A DNA stretch of 64,000 nucleotides, from the NCBI GenBank assembly GCA_004257845.1, contig GCA_004257845.1_4800.1. One strand, 5' to 3'. Each line of letters starts with the position of its first letter. Position 1 is the first letter of the stretch. Source of the stretch: a phage. The notes under the pieces were generated by a model. The model saw only the letters and a program-made list of their open reading frames with translations. It did not search any database and had not been told where the DNA came from. This document shows, in pieces, positions 10,875-21,464 of the stretch. The position numbers and the translations under genes are program-made.

Positions 10875-10888
10875 ATAAGGTGAATGCC

Positions 10889-11344
10889 ATGTCATTAGAT
10901 TACGAAAAGTTCAGAATTAAATTTCCACAGTTTGCTGATCAGGTTAAATTCCCTGACACAACACTTCAAGTATTCTATGACATGGCATGTGAATTTATTG
11001 AATCACAAGACAGTCCTTGTCGTGTTTTAAATGGCAGTAAATTGGAGCTGGCATTGGAATATATGACGGCTCATCTTTTATGCATAGCCGCAGACCAACA
11101 AGTGTCTGTGTCTTCTGGTGACGGAGTTGAACAAAGCGGCTTCGTGACTGGCGCAACAATTGGTGATATCACAGTGAACAAAGTCGCGCCGCCTGCAAGT
11201 GATGGTTGGGAATACTGGCTTTCAAGCACTCCTTATGGCATGGCGCTGTGGGCGCTTCTTCAAGCACTGGCCGTTGGCGGCTTGTCATTCGGCGGTCTTC
11301 CAGAGCGTGAAGGATTCCGTAAAATTGGTGGGGTATTCTGGTGA
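10889..11344 (+). CDS. putative head-tail connector/head completion protein
   Basis: Position and size; ATG 10889 with RBS AAGGTGA. Confidence 0.3.
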   Translation: MSLDYEKFRIKFPQFADQVKFPDTTLQVFYDMACEFIESQDSPCRVLNGSKLELALEYMTAHLLCIAADQQVSVSSGDGVEQSGFVTGATIGDITVNKVAPPASDGWEYWLSSTPYGMALWALLQALAVGGLSFGGLPEREGFRKIGGVFW

Positions 11345-11727
11345 GGATTCCTGGCGTAAACTTATATCGAGTTGCGACAAAGGTTATCGGTCGCCAACCG
11401 ATTCAATATTACATGTACAAGGGGCGCACCCTTGATAAGATGCGCAACTATGTCACTACATATGAAGAACCAATCACCTTACTTGCTTCGGTGCAGGCTG
11501 TACTTCGAAACCAATACGTTGAGCTTGGATTAGAGCTTCAAAAGAACTATGTCAAAATCTGGGTGGACAAAGACATTGTTGACCTTGACCGCGACGCTTC
11601 CGGCGACTATTTTGTGTTTGGTGGCAAAACGTACAAGATGGAAGATGAAACGACATGGTTTGACCAAGATGGTTGGACGTCTTGCCTTGCCGTGGAAGTA
11701 AAACAAAGCTTTCCAGTGTCTACTTGA
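11341..11727 (+). CDS. hypothetical virion protein
   Basis: GTG start overlapping upstream stop (GTGA). Confidence 0.35.
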   Translation: MRIPGVNLYRVATKVIGRQPIQYYMYKGRTLDKMRNYVTTYEEPITLLASVQAVLRNQYVELGLELQKNYVKIWVDKDIVDLDRDASGDYFVFGGKTYKMEDETTWFDQDGWTSCLAVEVKQSFPVST

Positions 11728-11734
11728 GGTGTAT

Positions 11735-12310
11735 ATGACAGATGTCGACCTGATTGACATGCTGGCAACGCGAATTGAAGAAGGTCTGGCGGCGTATAGT
11801 CGTGCAGACCTTTCTGCTGTTCCGGTCCAGAAAAAATACCAACCGACTCAACAGGGCATTCCGACTGGTGATCAGATTTGGTTTAACCTTTTATTCTCAG
11901 TTCCATTCGGTTGGTCGATGAGAAAGAATGAATTTGTCAATGATGAATCTCAATTCGTTAATGGCAAATTTAAAGATATTGAAGATCAGATATATGCAAC
12001 ACGTTTTCAAATTAGCGGCTTATTTCCAGAAGTCCCTGGCAATCCAGAAAAGCCTACGGCTAATGACGTTTTGACTTATTTAGCAAGATTCATAACCCAC
12101 AAGGCTAATTTGAGGGATTGGTTTAAAAGGCATCAAGCTTCAGTATATAGAGTCGACATGAACAACAATGAAAAGTTCTATGACGACATGTCTCAGTTCG
12201 AATCGTTTCCTTCTTTTGATTTGGTAATCCTTCACAGAAACGCAATTTCAATTGACACGCCTGCTGTTGCAAGAGCTGTTAATAATGATTTAGGCGATAT
12301 TCCGGTGTGA
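11735..12310 (+). CDS. hypothetical virion protein
   Basis: ATG 11735 with RBS TGAGGTG. Confidence 0.4.
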   Translation: MTDVDLIDMLATRIEEGLAAYSRADLSAVPVQKKYQPTQQGIPTGDQIWFNLLFSVPFGWSMRKNEFVNDESQFVNGKFKDIEDQIYATRFQISGLFPEVPGNPEKPTANDVLTYLARFITHKANLRDWFKRHQASVYRVDMNNNEKFYDDMSQFESFPSFDLVILHRNAISIDTPAVARAVNNDLGDIPV

Positions 12311-12311
12311 T

Positions 12312-12797
12312 ATGACAAAATCAAAAATGATAGAAAAACAGATAAAGGCGCTTCAATCGATGAAGGGTCTTACTGTAGAGGCAGGATGGTTTGATTCTAC
12401 CAGATACCCTTCAGAAACTGGTGGAGAAGGGATGTTGGTGTCAGAAGTCGCGCGACTTAATGAATTTGGTCACATAGCCGTTTTGAACTTTGGACAAGGT
12501 CCAGTCAGGGTAGAAGTGCCACCCAGACCATTCATGAGATATGCCTATGAATTATTCGTTAGTGAGCGCAGTGAAATAGAGAATAAAATTGCTAAAAAGA
12601 TTTTTTCCGGTAAAATAGACGCTAGACAGGCATTAGGTCAGATTGGGCTTGCGATGGAAGCAAAGATTGTCGAATCAATTAAAAACGGACCTTGGCAAAG
12701 AAACGCCAGATATACCGTGCGTGTGAAAGGATTCGACAAACCTTTAATTCACAGCAGCCTTATGTGGCAATCTGTCAACAGCCAAGTCATTAAATAA
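12312..12797 (+). CDS. hypothetical virion protein (tail completion candidate)
   Basis: Position before sheath gene. Confidence 0.35.
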   Translation: MTKSKMIEKQIKALQSMKGLTVEAGWFDSTRYPSETGGEGMLVSEVARLNEFGHIAVLNFGQGPVRVEVPPRPFMRYAYELFVSERSEIENKIAKKIFSGKIDARQALGQIGLAMEAKIVESIKNGPWQRNARYTVRVKGFDKPLIHSSLMWQSVNSQVIK

Positions 12798-12809
12798 GAG
12801 GACACCGAC

Positions 12810-14348
12810 GTGATCAGTCAATCTCGTTATATTAAAATTGTATCAGGGGTCGGAGCAGGCGCGGCTGTTGCAGTTCGCAAACTGTCGCTTCGCATCATGA
12901 CTTCCAATACAGTTCTGCCGCCTGGCATTGTAGCAGAATTTTCAACTGCTGATGCCGTTGGATCATATTTCGGTTTTTCTTCCGAAGAATACAAGCGTGC
13001 AGCACTGTATTTCGGATTCATCAGCAAGCAAATCAACTCGCCTGATTCAATCAGCTTTTCTCGCGTTGTATCCACGGCGATTCCTGCAATGGTTATCGGC
13101 GACACTGAGCCTAAAACGCTTGCTACTTTCCAGGCATTCACTGGCGCTATCTTAAGCATCACTTATGACGGCACAGACTACCTGACTGACGCCATCAACC
13201 TTTCAGCGGCAACAAGTCTTGCCAACGTAGCGGAACTTTTGGAAACGGCAATCAACACCAAGTTTGCAGCAGAAGGTGGCACGTCGGTGCCTGCACTTGC
13301 TGATGCAGAAGTGTATTGGAATGCCAACACCCAGCAGTTCACTTTGGAAGCCGCTCCGTCGACCGCTGGTGCTGGAAACCTTTCGATTAACGTCACAGGT
13401 CAACCGACAGACCCATCTCAGGCGCTTGGTTGGACGACTACTGGCACCGTTACGGTTGCTGGACAGGGTGTAGCAAGTCCGGTAGAAGCCATCGCGGCAT
13501 CTGTGGAGATTTCCAACAACTTTGGCTCATTCCTTTTCGCTGGAGCAGACCGAACGCTGGAAGAAATCACAGCCGTTGCAGCTTGGACTCACTCGCAGAA
13601 CAACATGTACATGTATCTGTTCTCGACTGCATTCGCCAACATCGGCTCATACTATACCGCGTTGAAAGGTTACTCAGGCGTTGGTATGATGATCCGTGCA
13701 ACTAACCTCGCGAATGATTACATCGACCAGGCACCTGCTGAAATTCTTGCGGCGACAAACTATAACACTGTAAATGCAACTCAAAACTACATGTATTATC
13801 AGTTTGAAACGCGAAATGTAACCGTATCGACTGATTCACGCGCAGATACTGCTGATCAAAACCGTGCAAACTATATCGGTGCGACTCAGCAAGCTGGTCA
13901 AACTCTCGCGTTCTTCCAGCGTGGTGTTCTGATGGGCGGGTCTACCGCAGCAGTTGACATGAACACTTATGCCAACGAGATGTGGCTTAAATCTGCTATC
14001 ACTTCTCAGCTGTTCAGCATGTTCTTGAATCTTGGTCGCGTGCCTGCAAACGAAGAAGGCAAAGCGACTGTCCAAGCCATGATTCAAGTTGCTGTTGACA
14101 ATGCGAAGGTTAACGGCACCATCTCTGTCGGTAAGGCGCTGACGGAAATTCAGAAACAGTACATCACGCAAACCTCCGGTGACAACACTGCTTGGCGGCA
14201 GGTTGAGACTATCGGTTATTGGTTGACTGTCGATTTTGACACTGAAACCACTTCCGATAACCGCACCGAATACTATGCAACATACACGCTAATCTACTCT
14301 AAAGATGATGCTGTGCGTCGCGTTGAAGGTCGTGACGTTCTTATTTAA
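12810..14348 (+). CDS. putative tail sheath protein
   Basis: 512 aa, immediately upstream of tube gene; baseplate J- and V-like genes downstream support a contractile tail. Confidence 0.45.
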   Translation: MISQSRYIKIVSGVGAGAAVAVRKLSLRIMTSNTVLPPGIVAEFSTADAVGSYFGFSSEEYKRAALYFGFISKQINSPDSISFSRVVSTAIPAMVIGDTEPKTLATFQAFTGAILSITYDGTDYLTDAINLSAATSLANVAELLETAINTKFAAEGGTSVPALADAEVYWNANTQQFTLEAAPSTAGAGNLSINVTGQPTDPSQALGWTTTGTVTVAGQGVASPVEAIAASVEISNNFGSFLFAGADRTLEEITAVAAWTHSQNNMYMYLFSTAFANIGSYYTALKGYSGVGMMIRATNLANDYIDQAPAEILAATNYNTVNATQNYMYYQFETRNVTVSTDSRADTADQNRANYIGATQQAGQTLAFFQRGVLMGGSTAAVDMNTYANEMWLKSAITSQLFSMFLNLGRVPANEEGKATVQAMIQVAVDNAKVNGTISVGKALTEIQKQYITQTSGDNTAWRQVETIGYWLTVDFDTETTSDNRTEYYATYTLIYSKDDAVRRVEGRDVLI

Positions 14349-14395
14349 ATAATTGCCGCCGTAAATGGCGGCCATCTCTCTGAGAGGAATCTGTA

Positions 14396-14863
14396 ATGAT
14401 TAACGTTTCCGGTTTTGGCGCTTCGATTCGTTTGGTAGCATCAAACACTTTTCCGAATGGTGTGACTCTTTCTGATTTTGCAGATGATGCTGATCCGATT
14501 GACGCGCCGGACCTGCAAATCTCTGAGGCTGCAATGGGCCTTAACGGTGACTTAGTAGTATGGAACCGTGCAAACCCGCTTGAAGTAGGTGTGAACATCA
14601 TCCCTACTTCTGAAAGTGATGTCAACTTGGACGTTCTTGCAGCTGCAAACCGCGTAGGCAAGCGTAAGAACTCTGCAAAAGACGTGATCACACTTGTGCT
14701 GACTTATCCTTCTGGAATGGTTATCACGCTAAACAAAGGCACCTTGACAACTGGTTCAGTAATTCCTGGCATCCAGTCTCAAGGTCGTGTGAAAACACGC
14801 CAATATCGCTTCAAGTTTGAGAACGTAGTCAAAACTGGCGTGAGCAACCAAGAGATTTTATAA
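14396..14863 (+). CDS. putative tail tube protein
   Basis: 155 aa after sheath; paralog of 15814-16311. Confidence 0.45.
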   Translation: MINVSGFGASIRLVASNTFPNGVTLSDFADDADPIDAPDLQISEAAMGLNGDLVVWNRANPLEVGVNIIPTSESDVNLDVLAAANRVGKRKNSAKDVITLVLTYPSGMVITLNKGTLTTGSVIPGIQSQGRVKTRQYRFKFENVVKTGVSNQEIL

Positions 14864-15192
14864 TGTATCAAATACCACTTGACAGCGTACCTAACCAGAA
14901 TATCAGCTTTAACGTTGACGGTGCATATTGGCAGTTGCACATTTTTGCTGCTATCGAGCACATGTGCGCCGACGTATACCGCAACGGTGAACTTTTGATT
15001 CAAGGGGTGCGCTGTTTTGGTGGTATCCCAATGGTGCCTTATAAGTATCTCATGATTGGGTACGGTAATTTCATTTTCGACAGCGTACCTGATTATGAAA
15101 GTTTTAACTCTGGCGGCTGTAATCTATATTACATGTCAGAATCTGAGTTGGCTGAATTCCAGGCAACTGCTGAAGCGGAGTTTGCAATTTGA
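14863..15192 (+). CDS. hypothetical protein
   Basis: ATG overlapping upstream stop (TAATG). Confidence 0.4.
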   Translation: MYQIPLDSVPNQNISFNVDGAYWQLHIFAAIEHMCADVYRNGELLIQGVRCFGGIPMVPYKYLMIGYGNFIFDSVPDYESFNSGGCNLYYMSESELAEFQATAEAEFAI

Positions 15193-15545
15193 CAACTCTA
15201 ACAATTGAAGTTAACGAAAATAATGACCTTTTTCTGCCTGATGGAAGAAACTTAAATATTCTTTCAGGAGAAAAAGCGATGGTGCAAGTAATCAAGGCCG
15301 CGCACCAGATGCGACTTGGTGAAGACTTGTACGATATAGAAAACGGTGTCGATTATTTGGGGACCGTTTTCAAGTCGCCCGTTGACGAAGACGGTGCGCG
15401 AAAGTCGATTGCAGATGCTATTCTGAAGAAAGCAGACGTTGCCGGAATCGACTCATTGACTGTCACCATCCAAAACGGTATCCTTGGATTCACTGCAGAA
15501 GTGGTGACTATTTATGGCGAACGTATAAAGGTGAGTAATCAATAA
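15189..15545 (+). CDS. hypothetical protein
   Basis: ORF with TTG start overlapping upstream stop; alternative ATG near 15279. Confidence 0.3.
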   Translation: MTTLTIEVNENNDLFLPDGRNLNILSGEKAMVQVIKAAHQMRLGEDLYDIENGVDYLGTVFKSPVDEDGARKSIADAILKKADVAGIDSLTVTIQNGILGFTAEVVTIYGERIKVSNQ

Positions 15546-15811
15546 TGGCACAAGTAATTCATTTTGCAAATGGCGTCATGAAATTTGGCGAAAAATTTGA
15601 AGACGCATCAGAGCTGTTTAATAAGAAGGTTGAGCCTGTTGCAGAAATCAAAGAGCAGGTCGAAGAAAAATCCGTTGAACAAAAACTAGATTTTGATTCC
15701 ATGAGCGTTTCAGAATTGAAGTCTTATGCTAAAGAAAATGGCATTGACATCAAGGGTCTTTCTTATAAGGATGAAATTCTTGCTGCAGTTAAATCTGCAT
15801 CTGCGGAGTAA
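15545..15811 (+). CDS. hypothetical protein (88 aa)
   Basis: ATG overlapping upstream stop (TAATG). Confidence 0.4.
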   Translation: MAQVIHFANGVMKFGEKFEDASELFNKKVEPVAEIKEQVEEKSVEQKLDFDSMSVSELKSYAKENGIDIKGLSYKDEILAAVKSASAE

Positions 15812-15813
15812 AC

Positions 15814-16311
15814 ATGGTCAATATTAGTGGATTTGGCACAAGCATTAGAATTGTCGCTCTTCAATCTTTTCCTGTTGGGCTGAATATCAGTTCTTTGTCT
15901 GATGACCAGGATTCGCTAATTATTGAGGAAGTTGAATCAGTAGGTTATCAACTTACTTACGACGGCGGCATTTGCATATACGACAAAGCCGCCGTCGTTC
16001 GCGTATCCATTGCGGTCATTCCAAACACTGAAGACGACATAAATCTTAAGCTTTTATTATCTGCCCGTAAAGGTGGATTCAAGTGGTTGCCAATTCAGGA
16101 TGTGACATCGATGCTCATTACATATCCTGACGGTGGAAGGGTGGCATTCTCTAACGGAACGATAATCAGCGGTCCGCTTGGTGACTCCATAGAGCAATCA
16201 GGCCGTCGCAAGACAAACCGATACACATTTGTGTTTGCCAGCTACGGTGGCGCACAGAGCACGTCTCAAATTGCCAAGGGCGTGGTGCAGAGCATATTGG
16301 GGTCCATTTAA
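15814..16311 (+). CDS. tail tube protein paralog
   Basis: Alignable with 14396-14863 product over full length (M-INxSGFGxSIRxVA ... IPxxEDDxNL ... TYPxG ... GRxKTxxYxF). Confidence 0.45.
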   Translation: MVNISGFGTSIRIVALQSFPVGLNISSLSDDQDSLIIEEVESVGYQLTYDGGICIYDKAAVVRVSIAVIPNTEDDINLKLLLSARKGGFKWLPIQDVTSMLITYPDGGRVAFSNGTIISGPLGDSIEQSGRRKTNRYTFVFASYGGAQSTSQIAKGVVQSILGSI

Positions 16312-16844
16312 TGGCTATCGATTTACTGTCATATAGTCTATCAAACAGAAGCTTCACGATAAAGAGCTTCAACCTTGGAGAAGTATCCACGCTTGGATGG
16401 GCCATAGTCAACGTCAAAATAAGACTCCAAGCGAAGATATTCAAAAACCAAAGGGAAGACGGCAGCTATATTGTCGATGGCAGAGTAAAGATGCCGCGAA
16501 TACTCACTGTCACCGTGATAGCTCAGACGAAAAGCGCATCAGATGCAATAGCTAAGATGTTGCAAAACAGGTCGACTATATACACAATTAATTCCCGTGG
16601 TCTAATATTCGAACGTATGGTGCTGCAAAATAACAACTTCAGCCAGGACGCTGACAATATAACGTCTCAGCCCATACAATTGGTCTTCCATGAGATATTA
16701 ACACAGCAGGATGTGTCTATTCAAACAGCGCAGGCAGGCGACTCAACAGTAATAGAGCGCGGCATTGCATACATAAAAGAAACTTCTGCCAGCGTCACTG
16801 GCGTCGCTACAAAGGTGATGAATGGTATCAAGGGGATGTTCTGA
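16311..16844 (+). CDS. hypothetical tail protein
   Basis: Shares C-terminal block with the next gene (INSRGLIFERMVLQNNNF vs ITSRSIIASKMSMSDVEI). Confidence 0.4.
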   Translation: MAIDLLSYSLSNRSFTIKSFNLGEVSTLGWAIVNVKIRLQAKIFKNQREDGSYIVDGRVKMPRILTVTVIAQTKSASDAIAKMLQNRSTIYTINSRGLIFERMVLQNNNFSQDADNITSQPIQLVFHEILTQQDVSIQTAQAGDSTVIERGIAYIKETSASVTGVATKVMNGIKGMF

Positions 16845-17404
16845 TGGACTTCGTTTCGATTCTGCTTTCTGGTCAATCTTTGACCATAACGAATGAGTCA
16901 ACAGGTCTTCCTGTCTGGACAAGGCTTTCACCTGTTTCTGCAGAAATAACATCCCCAGCAGAAACAACTCAATTCCCTCTTGCTGGTACAGCCATGCAGG
17001 TTGTCGAAGTATCAAGCACGTCATCAGTAAGCAATTTACAGGCGGCAAAGGTTGTAATGCCAGCCCATATGGCGTTAAACGTAATTTGCAATGACCAGTC
17101 TACAATTGAAAATATCATAAATTCATTTGATGATGACGAAGTCACATTTTCAATAACTTCTCGAAGCATCATTGCCAGTAAAATGTCGATGTCCGACGTT
17201 GAAATAACCCAGTCAGAAGAAAACTTGAATGGAGTCTCAATAGTAATAACTTTCGAGCAAACGTCATTTAGCATTCAAGGAAGCTTCGACCCTAAACAAT
17301 CTGCAGACGAATCATCAAATGGTGTTGCCATTAAAGAACCAGTCAGTTTGACTACAACTGTGAGTTCGTTATATAATAAAATAAAATCAACAGTAGGAAT
17401 ATAA
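16844..17404 (+). CDS. hypothetical tail protein (paralog of previous)
   Basis: See previous; ATGA start-stop overlap. Confidence 0.4.
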   Translation: MDFVSILLSGQSLTITNESTGLPVWTRLSPVSAEITSPAETTQFPLAGTAMQVVEVSSTSSVSNLQAAKVVMPAHMALNVICNDQSTIENIINSFDDDEVTFSITSRSIIASKMSMSDVEITQSEENLNGVSIVITFEQTSFSIQGSFDPKQSADESSNGVAIKEPVSLTTTVSSLYNKIKSTVGI

Positions 17405-17405
17405 A

Positions 17406-17822
17406 ATGAAGATCACCAACAAACAAACTGGTCGTACAGTAGAAATTAAAATCAGCAAAATGACTGCGATGGAAGGCTGGAATATTCAGCGTCGATTCGT
17501 AGAATTTGCAATGTCGAAAGACCCTGCTTTTCGTTCAGAGTATACGATGGAAGTGTTGGGCTTTGCAAAAGTCGAGCTTGACGTGGGACAAGAAATCCCA
17601 TTAAGCACTGGTGCACTAATTGACAACCATCTTGGTGACTGGGAAAACCTTAAAGAAGTATTTGAAGCAGTTCTCATGGAGAACGGTATAAACCCAGACA
17701 CCCACGCCGAGCGTGAAGGCTACTGGGAACAAGCTGGCGGCGAAATGGCTGCAGCATTCATCGGCGAATCGATGCGATTAATCGCGCCATTCCTCAGCGG
17801 CGAGACTCCAAACAAGGGGTAA
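17406..17822 (+). CDS. hypothetical protein (tail assembly chaperone candidate)
   Basis: Position immediately upstream of tape measure. Confidence 0.3.
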   Translation: MKITNKQTGRTVEIKISKMTAMEGWNIQRRFVEFAMSKDPAFRSEYTMEVLGFAKVELDVGQEIPLSTGALIDNHLGDWENLKEVFEAVLMENGINPDTHAEREGYWEQAGGEMAAAFIGESMRLIAPFLSGETPNKG

Positions 17823-17825
17823 ACT

Positions 17826-20006
17826 GTGTCTGACTCATTAGAAAAATTTGTGCTTCAATATACGGTGGACTTGAAAGAGTCCATCAATCGTCTTGAGCAA
17901 TTGCAAGATAAGGTTGATCAGACAAACAAAAAGGCAAAATCCGCTGGCAAAGATTTCTCTGGAGCATTCAAAGATGTTTTTGGCGAGCTAAAGCCGCTTA
18001 CTGGTGAGCTAGGGTCAATTGACGGAATACTTGCGCGGCTGACATATCGTTTTGCCGCGCTCGTTCCTGTTGTCGCAGGATTGGCCGTCGTCGTCAAATC
18101 CATCGTTGATGTTCGAAAAGAATACGAAGCGCAAAGAAAGCTTGGTTTTGAAGCCGGACTCTCTCCAATGGGTGTCGAACAACTACAACGACAGTTGAAT
18201 GAAAGTTCAGGTGGCATCCTTGGCGCACAGGGGTCGCGAGACTTAATCAGCAAAGCTTCTAATCTGGCATTCAATGCATACACCAACCCCGATGTGATGA
18301 ACAAGGACAACTTGTTGTTGAACAAGATGGGGACAAGTCCTTTCAACAGTAACGGCGGCATCAAAGACACGAATCAGCTGCTTGATGAAATTGGAACAAA
18401 GCTGAGAAGTGTGAATGAGCAAACCGCTCGTGCTATTGGTGCCCTGGCAGGTTTTACCGCCGATGAAGTCCGCGCCCTTCGTGAGCGCAACCAGTCTGTG
18501 AAAGAAAGCACGCGCATAAGCGACGAAGAAACCGCGAAGCTGCAAAGACAGCAAGCTGCTCTTGAGACTATACGAAATAGTATGGGGCAAATTCAAGAAG
18601 ATTGGCGGCGTATTGAGTTGGTAATTGGTGAAAATGTCATGCCTGCATTCTCGACTCTTGTCAGCAAAACTGCTGATACAGTCGAAGGATTCCAGATGAT
18701 GTTTCAGAGAATGTCTGACGGATGGAGCGAATTTGTCGACAACTTCATCGCTGACTTGAAACATCCGTTCGACAAGCAGGCCGCTGTCAACGAACGTCAC
18801 GAAAGAGCGGTTGACCGATGGATCACCCAAATGGCTGATGGCGATGTTAAACGCCAAAGGAATCAAGAACAGAACGCCGCTGAACAACGTTCTGCACAGG
18901 CTCTTTTTACTCGTGACATAAATCTTTTTTCAAGTGCTGTGTCAACCTTTGCTGGCGTGATTGATGAGCGTCAAGCTTGGGCGGCATGGGCAGGTGAAAT
19001 CGGGCGCAGCGCAGGGCAATCCGCGATGCCTGGAACACCAGCATTGAATACTGGCGCGACCGTAGGGAATAATCTTGGGTCAGGGAATCCGACAGCATAT
19101 GACTCAATATATGAGGAAGCTTCAAAACGCTATGGCATACCTGTAGCAATGATGAAGGCTGTAACTGAAGTCGAATCTGGATTCAATCCAAATGCTGTGA
19201 GCGGAGCAGGCGCGACTGGTTTGATGCAAATCATGCCTTCTAACTTCAAGGGTCTTGGTATCACAGACGGCAACGACCCTAGACAAAACATTATGGGCGG
19301 CGCTCAACTGTTGAAAGAGTATTTAAACGCTGCCAACGGCGATTGGAATCTTGCGCTGACGATGTATCACGGTGGCTACGACCGCAGCGGCTGGGGCAAG
19401 AATACACGCGCTTATCCTGGAAAGGTCATGGCTGCTCTCGACCGACAATCCAATGGTGAGTATGCCACGGCAGCGCCGCAAGGTGCACCAGTTACTCCAG
19501 TACTTAGCGGTAGCGGAGCGGAAGCACCAAAGGGCCGTTATGCACCAGTACAAGGTCAATCGCGCCAAACGGTGCAATACAGGCAATTGCAAGAAGCCAT
19601 TGCAGGATACCTGAACGTACCAGTTGAGCAGTTGATGCAGGGACAAGTCAACAAAGGTGATATTGACTTTGCTCAAACTTACCTTAAGCTCGGAACGCAA
19701 AGGGATTATATTAAAAATATGCAGCTGGCTTCAACTCCAGGTGTAAGACCGAACATTCAAGCCGAAGCGATGAAAAACGCTCGTCTTGCTGCATTCCAAC
19801 TTGAAGCGTTCCAGAAATATGGCGGCGACCTTTCCGCGAATAGTCGACCTGGTGGGCGTGATATTACTATGGGTCAGAAAAACGTTGTCATCAACGTCAA
19901 CGGCGCCCAAGACCCACGCAGCACGGCATTCGAAACGAAACGGGTGCTTGAACAAGATGATATCAACGACATAAACAACCTTACTGCTACACCTTTGAAG
20001 TGGTGA
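17826..20006 (+). CDS. tail tape measure protein with lytic transglycosylase (SLT) domain
   Basis: 726 aa; helical N-terminal half; SLT signature EVESGFNPNAVSGAGATGLMQIMPSNF ... YHGGY. Confidence 0.65.
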   Translation: MSDSLEKFVLQYTVDLKESINRLEQLQDKVDQTNKKAKSAGKDFSGAFKDVFGELKPLTGELGSIDGILARLTYRFAALVPVVAGLAVVVKSIVDVRKEYEAQRKLGFEAGLSPMGVEQLQRQLNESSGGILGAQGSRDLISKASNLAFNAYTNPDVMNKDNLLLNKMGTSPFNSNGGIKDTNQLLDEIGTKLRSVNEQTARAIGALAGFTADEVRALRERNQSVKESTRISDEETAKLQRQQAALETIRNSMGQIQEDWRRIELVIGENVMPAFSTLVSKTADTVEGFQMMFQRMSDGWSEFVDNFIADLKHPFDKQAAVNERHERAVDRWITQMADGDVKRQRNQEQNAAEQRSAQALFTRDINLFSSAVSTFAGVIDERQAWAAWAGEIGRSAGQSAMPGTPALNTGATVGNNLGSGNPTAYDSIYEEASKRYGIPVAMMKAVTEVESGFNPNAVSGAGATGLMQIMPSNFKGLGITDGNDPRQNIMGGAQLLKEYLNAANGDWNLALTMYHGGYDRSGWGKNTRAYPGKVMAALDRQSNGEYATAAPQGAPVTPVLSGSGAEAPKGRYAPVQGQSRQTVQYRQLQEAIAGYLNVPVEQLMQGQVNKGDIDFAQTYLKLGTQRDYIKNMQLASTPGVRPNIQAEAMKNARLAAFQLEAFQKYGGDLSANSRPGGRDITMGQKNVVINVNGAQDPRSTAFETKRVLEQDDINDINNLTATPLKW

Positions 20007-20010
20007 TAAT

Positions 20011-20883
20011 TTGAAAAAGAGAATCCTTAAAGTCACCTTATCTATGCCGGATGGCACAAGCCAAGTGCTTGATGAAGGATTGATGCTCAGATGCCGAATC
20101 AAAAAGGCAGCACTTTCCGTGCAGAATAAGGCCACAATCGAAGTTGCAGGATTGACAGGGTACTTGAGAGAGTACCTGCTTTCCAACTTCACGGCATTCA
20201 ACAAACGTCTGCGTGATCAAGGCCAGTTGGCGGAGAACTATGTCAACGTGACTATTGAAGCTGGGTACAGAGAGGGGAACGTAATCAGCAGCAACTTGGT
20301 ATACAAGGGACAGGTGACGACTGTCGAGATAACAGCGCCGCCGCCGAACATCGTCATACGCATCACTTGCTACACCAACCAGATAAACAGGACTAAGTTT
20401 ATCACTCAAGCTGCACCGTCAAACCCAACCTTCAAAGAGTTTGTGGAGTGGTCAGCAAAGCAAATGGATATTGATACTGTTATATGCGATACGTCGATTA
20501 ACAATCAACGCCTTGTGAACCCAGGCCGAACAACATATGTTGCAGCTGCCTTGCTGCTTGAGATTCAGAACTATCAAAGGAACTCTATTGCGGCATATAT
20601 TGATGATGATACGCTAATCGTCAAGGATAAAGACAAAATTCTGAATCCAGAACAGATAACGGTGATTGAGGAATTTGTCGGAATACCGATGTGGAACGAG
20701 TGGGGCGCTGACTTCACTTGCATGTATAACGCGGATTTGAAGCTTGCCCAAGGTGTGAAATTCAAATCAGTCTTAAACCCAAGCTTGAACGACACCACAT
20801 TCGTCATCATGCAACTTGAATATGATTTAGCAAGTCGTGATGACATATTTACGGTGACGGGCGGCGTTGCACCATCGGCCTAA
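20011..20883 (+). CDS. putative baseplate/distal tail protein
   Basis: Position after tape measure. Confidence 0.35.
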   Translation: MKKRILKVTLSMPDGTSQVLDEGLMLRCRIKKAALSVQNKATIEVAGLTGYLREYLLSNFTAFNKRLRDQGQLAENYVNVTIEAGYREGNVISSNLVYKGQVTTVEITAPPPNIVIRITCYTNQINRTKFITQAAPSNPTFKEFVEWSAKQMDIDTVICDTSINNQRLVNPGRTTYVAAALLLEIQNYQRNSIAAYIDDDTLIVKDKDKILNPEQITVIEEFVGIPMWNEWGADFTCMYNADLKLAQGVKFKSVLNPSLNDTTFVIMQLEYDLASRDDIFTVTGGVAPSA

Positions 20884-20885
20884 AT

Positions 20886-21407
20886 ATGAGAAAGAATAAA
20901 GTAATTGATCTGTTTGGAGTCACTTATGAAATACATCAATTCAGCGCAATAGATGCGTTTGAAATGGTTGATGCGATAAGCATATTAACTCCACTTGAAT
21001 TATTAAGTGAATGTCATGTTATCAAATATGACGGAACTAAAGTCAGGTTAAACTCTGAGAAGGCAATAAGTGAAGAAGTGAAAAGTGTGCCAAATCATTT
21101 GCCGCCCAACCTTGTATTGAAAGTTCTAATGGAAGCGGTAAAGAAGCACAATTTTGGATTCCTCAGCGATTGGAAAGGTACTAAGATTCCAAATAGATTC
21201 TTGGCTGACGTTCCGACCGTAGAGCCTAATTATCTTGAGCCGATGGTTGCAAGCCTAATAAACAATGGTCTTGCTTCGTTAAAAGAATTGGAAGAATATT
21301 ATTCATTGCGTGATGCATTCGCTATGTTTGATGGACTAATAGCAAAATCACTTAATGAAGCCTACTCAAACGAAGCTGCCATTAAAGAATCAAAGTCAAA
21401 TCGCTAA
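20886..21407 (+). CDS. hypothetical baseplate protein
   Basis: ORF in baseplate module. Confidence 0.35.
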   Translation: MRKNKVIDLFGVTYEIHQFSAIDAFEMVDAISILTPLELLSECHVIKYDGTKVRLNSEKAISEEVKSVPNHLPPNLVLKVLMEAVKKHNFGFLSDWKGTKIPNRFLADVPTVEPNYLEPMVASLINNGLASLKELEEYYSLRDAFAMFDGLIAKSLNEAYSNEAAIKESKSNR

Positions 21408-21464
21408 AATATTGCTTATAGACTCCTTATAGATTATAATTTGTTGATCAGATATAAGGAGTCT

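Noticed and set aside
16844-17822. Programmed frameshift between the two genes upstream of the tape measure (G/GT-type chaperone)
   Set aside because: The two ORFs are separated by TAA then ATG with no overlapping frame or slippery heptamer visible.
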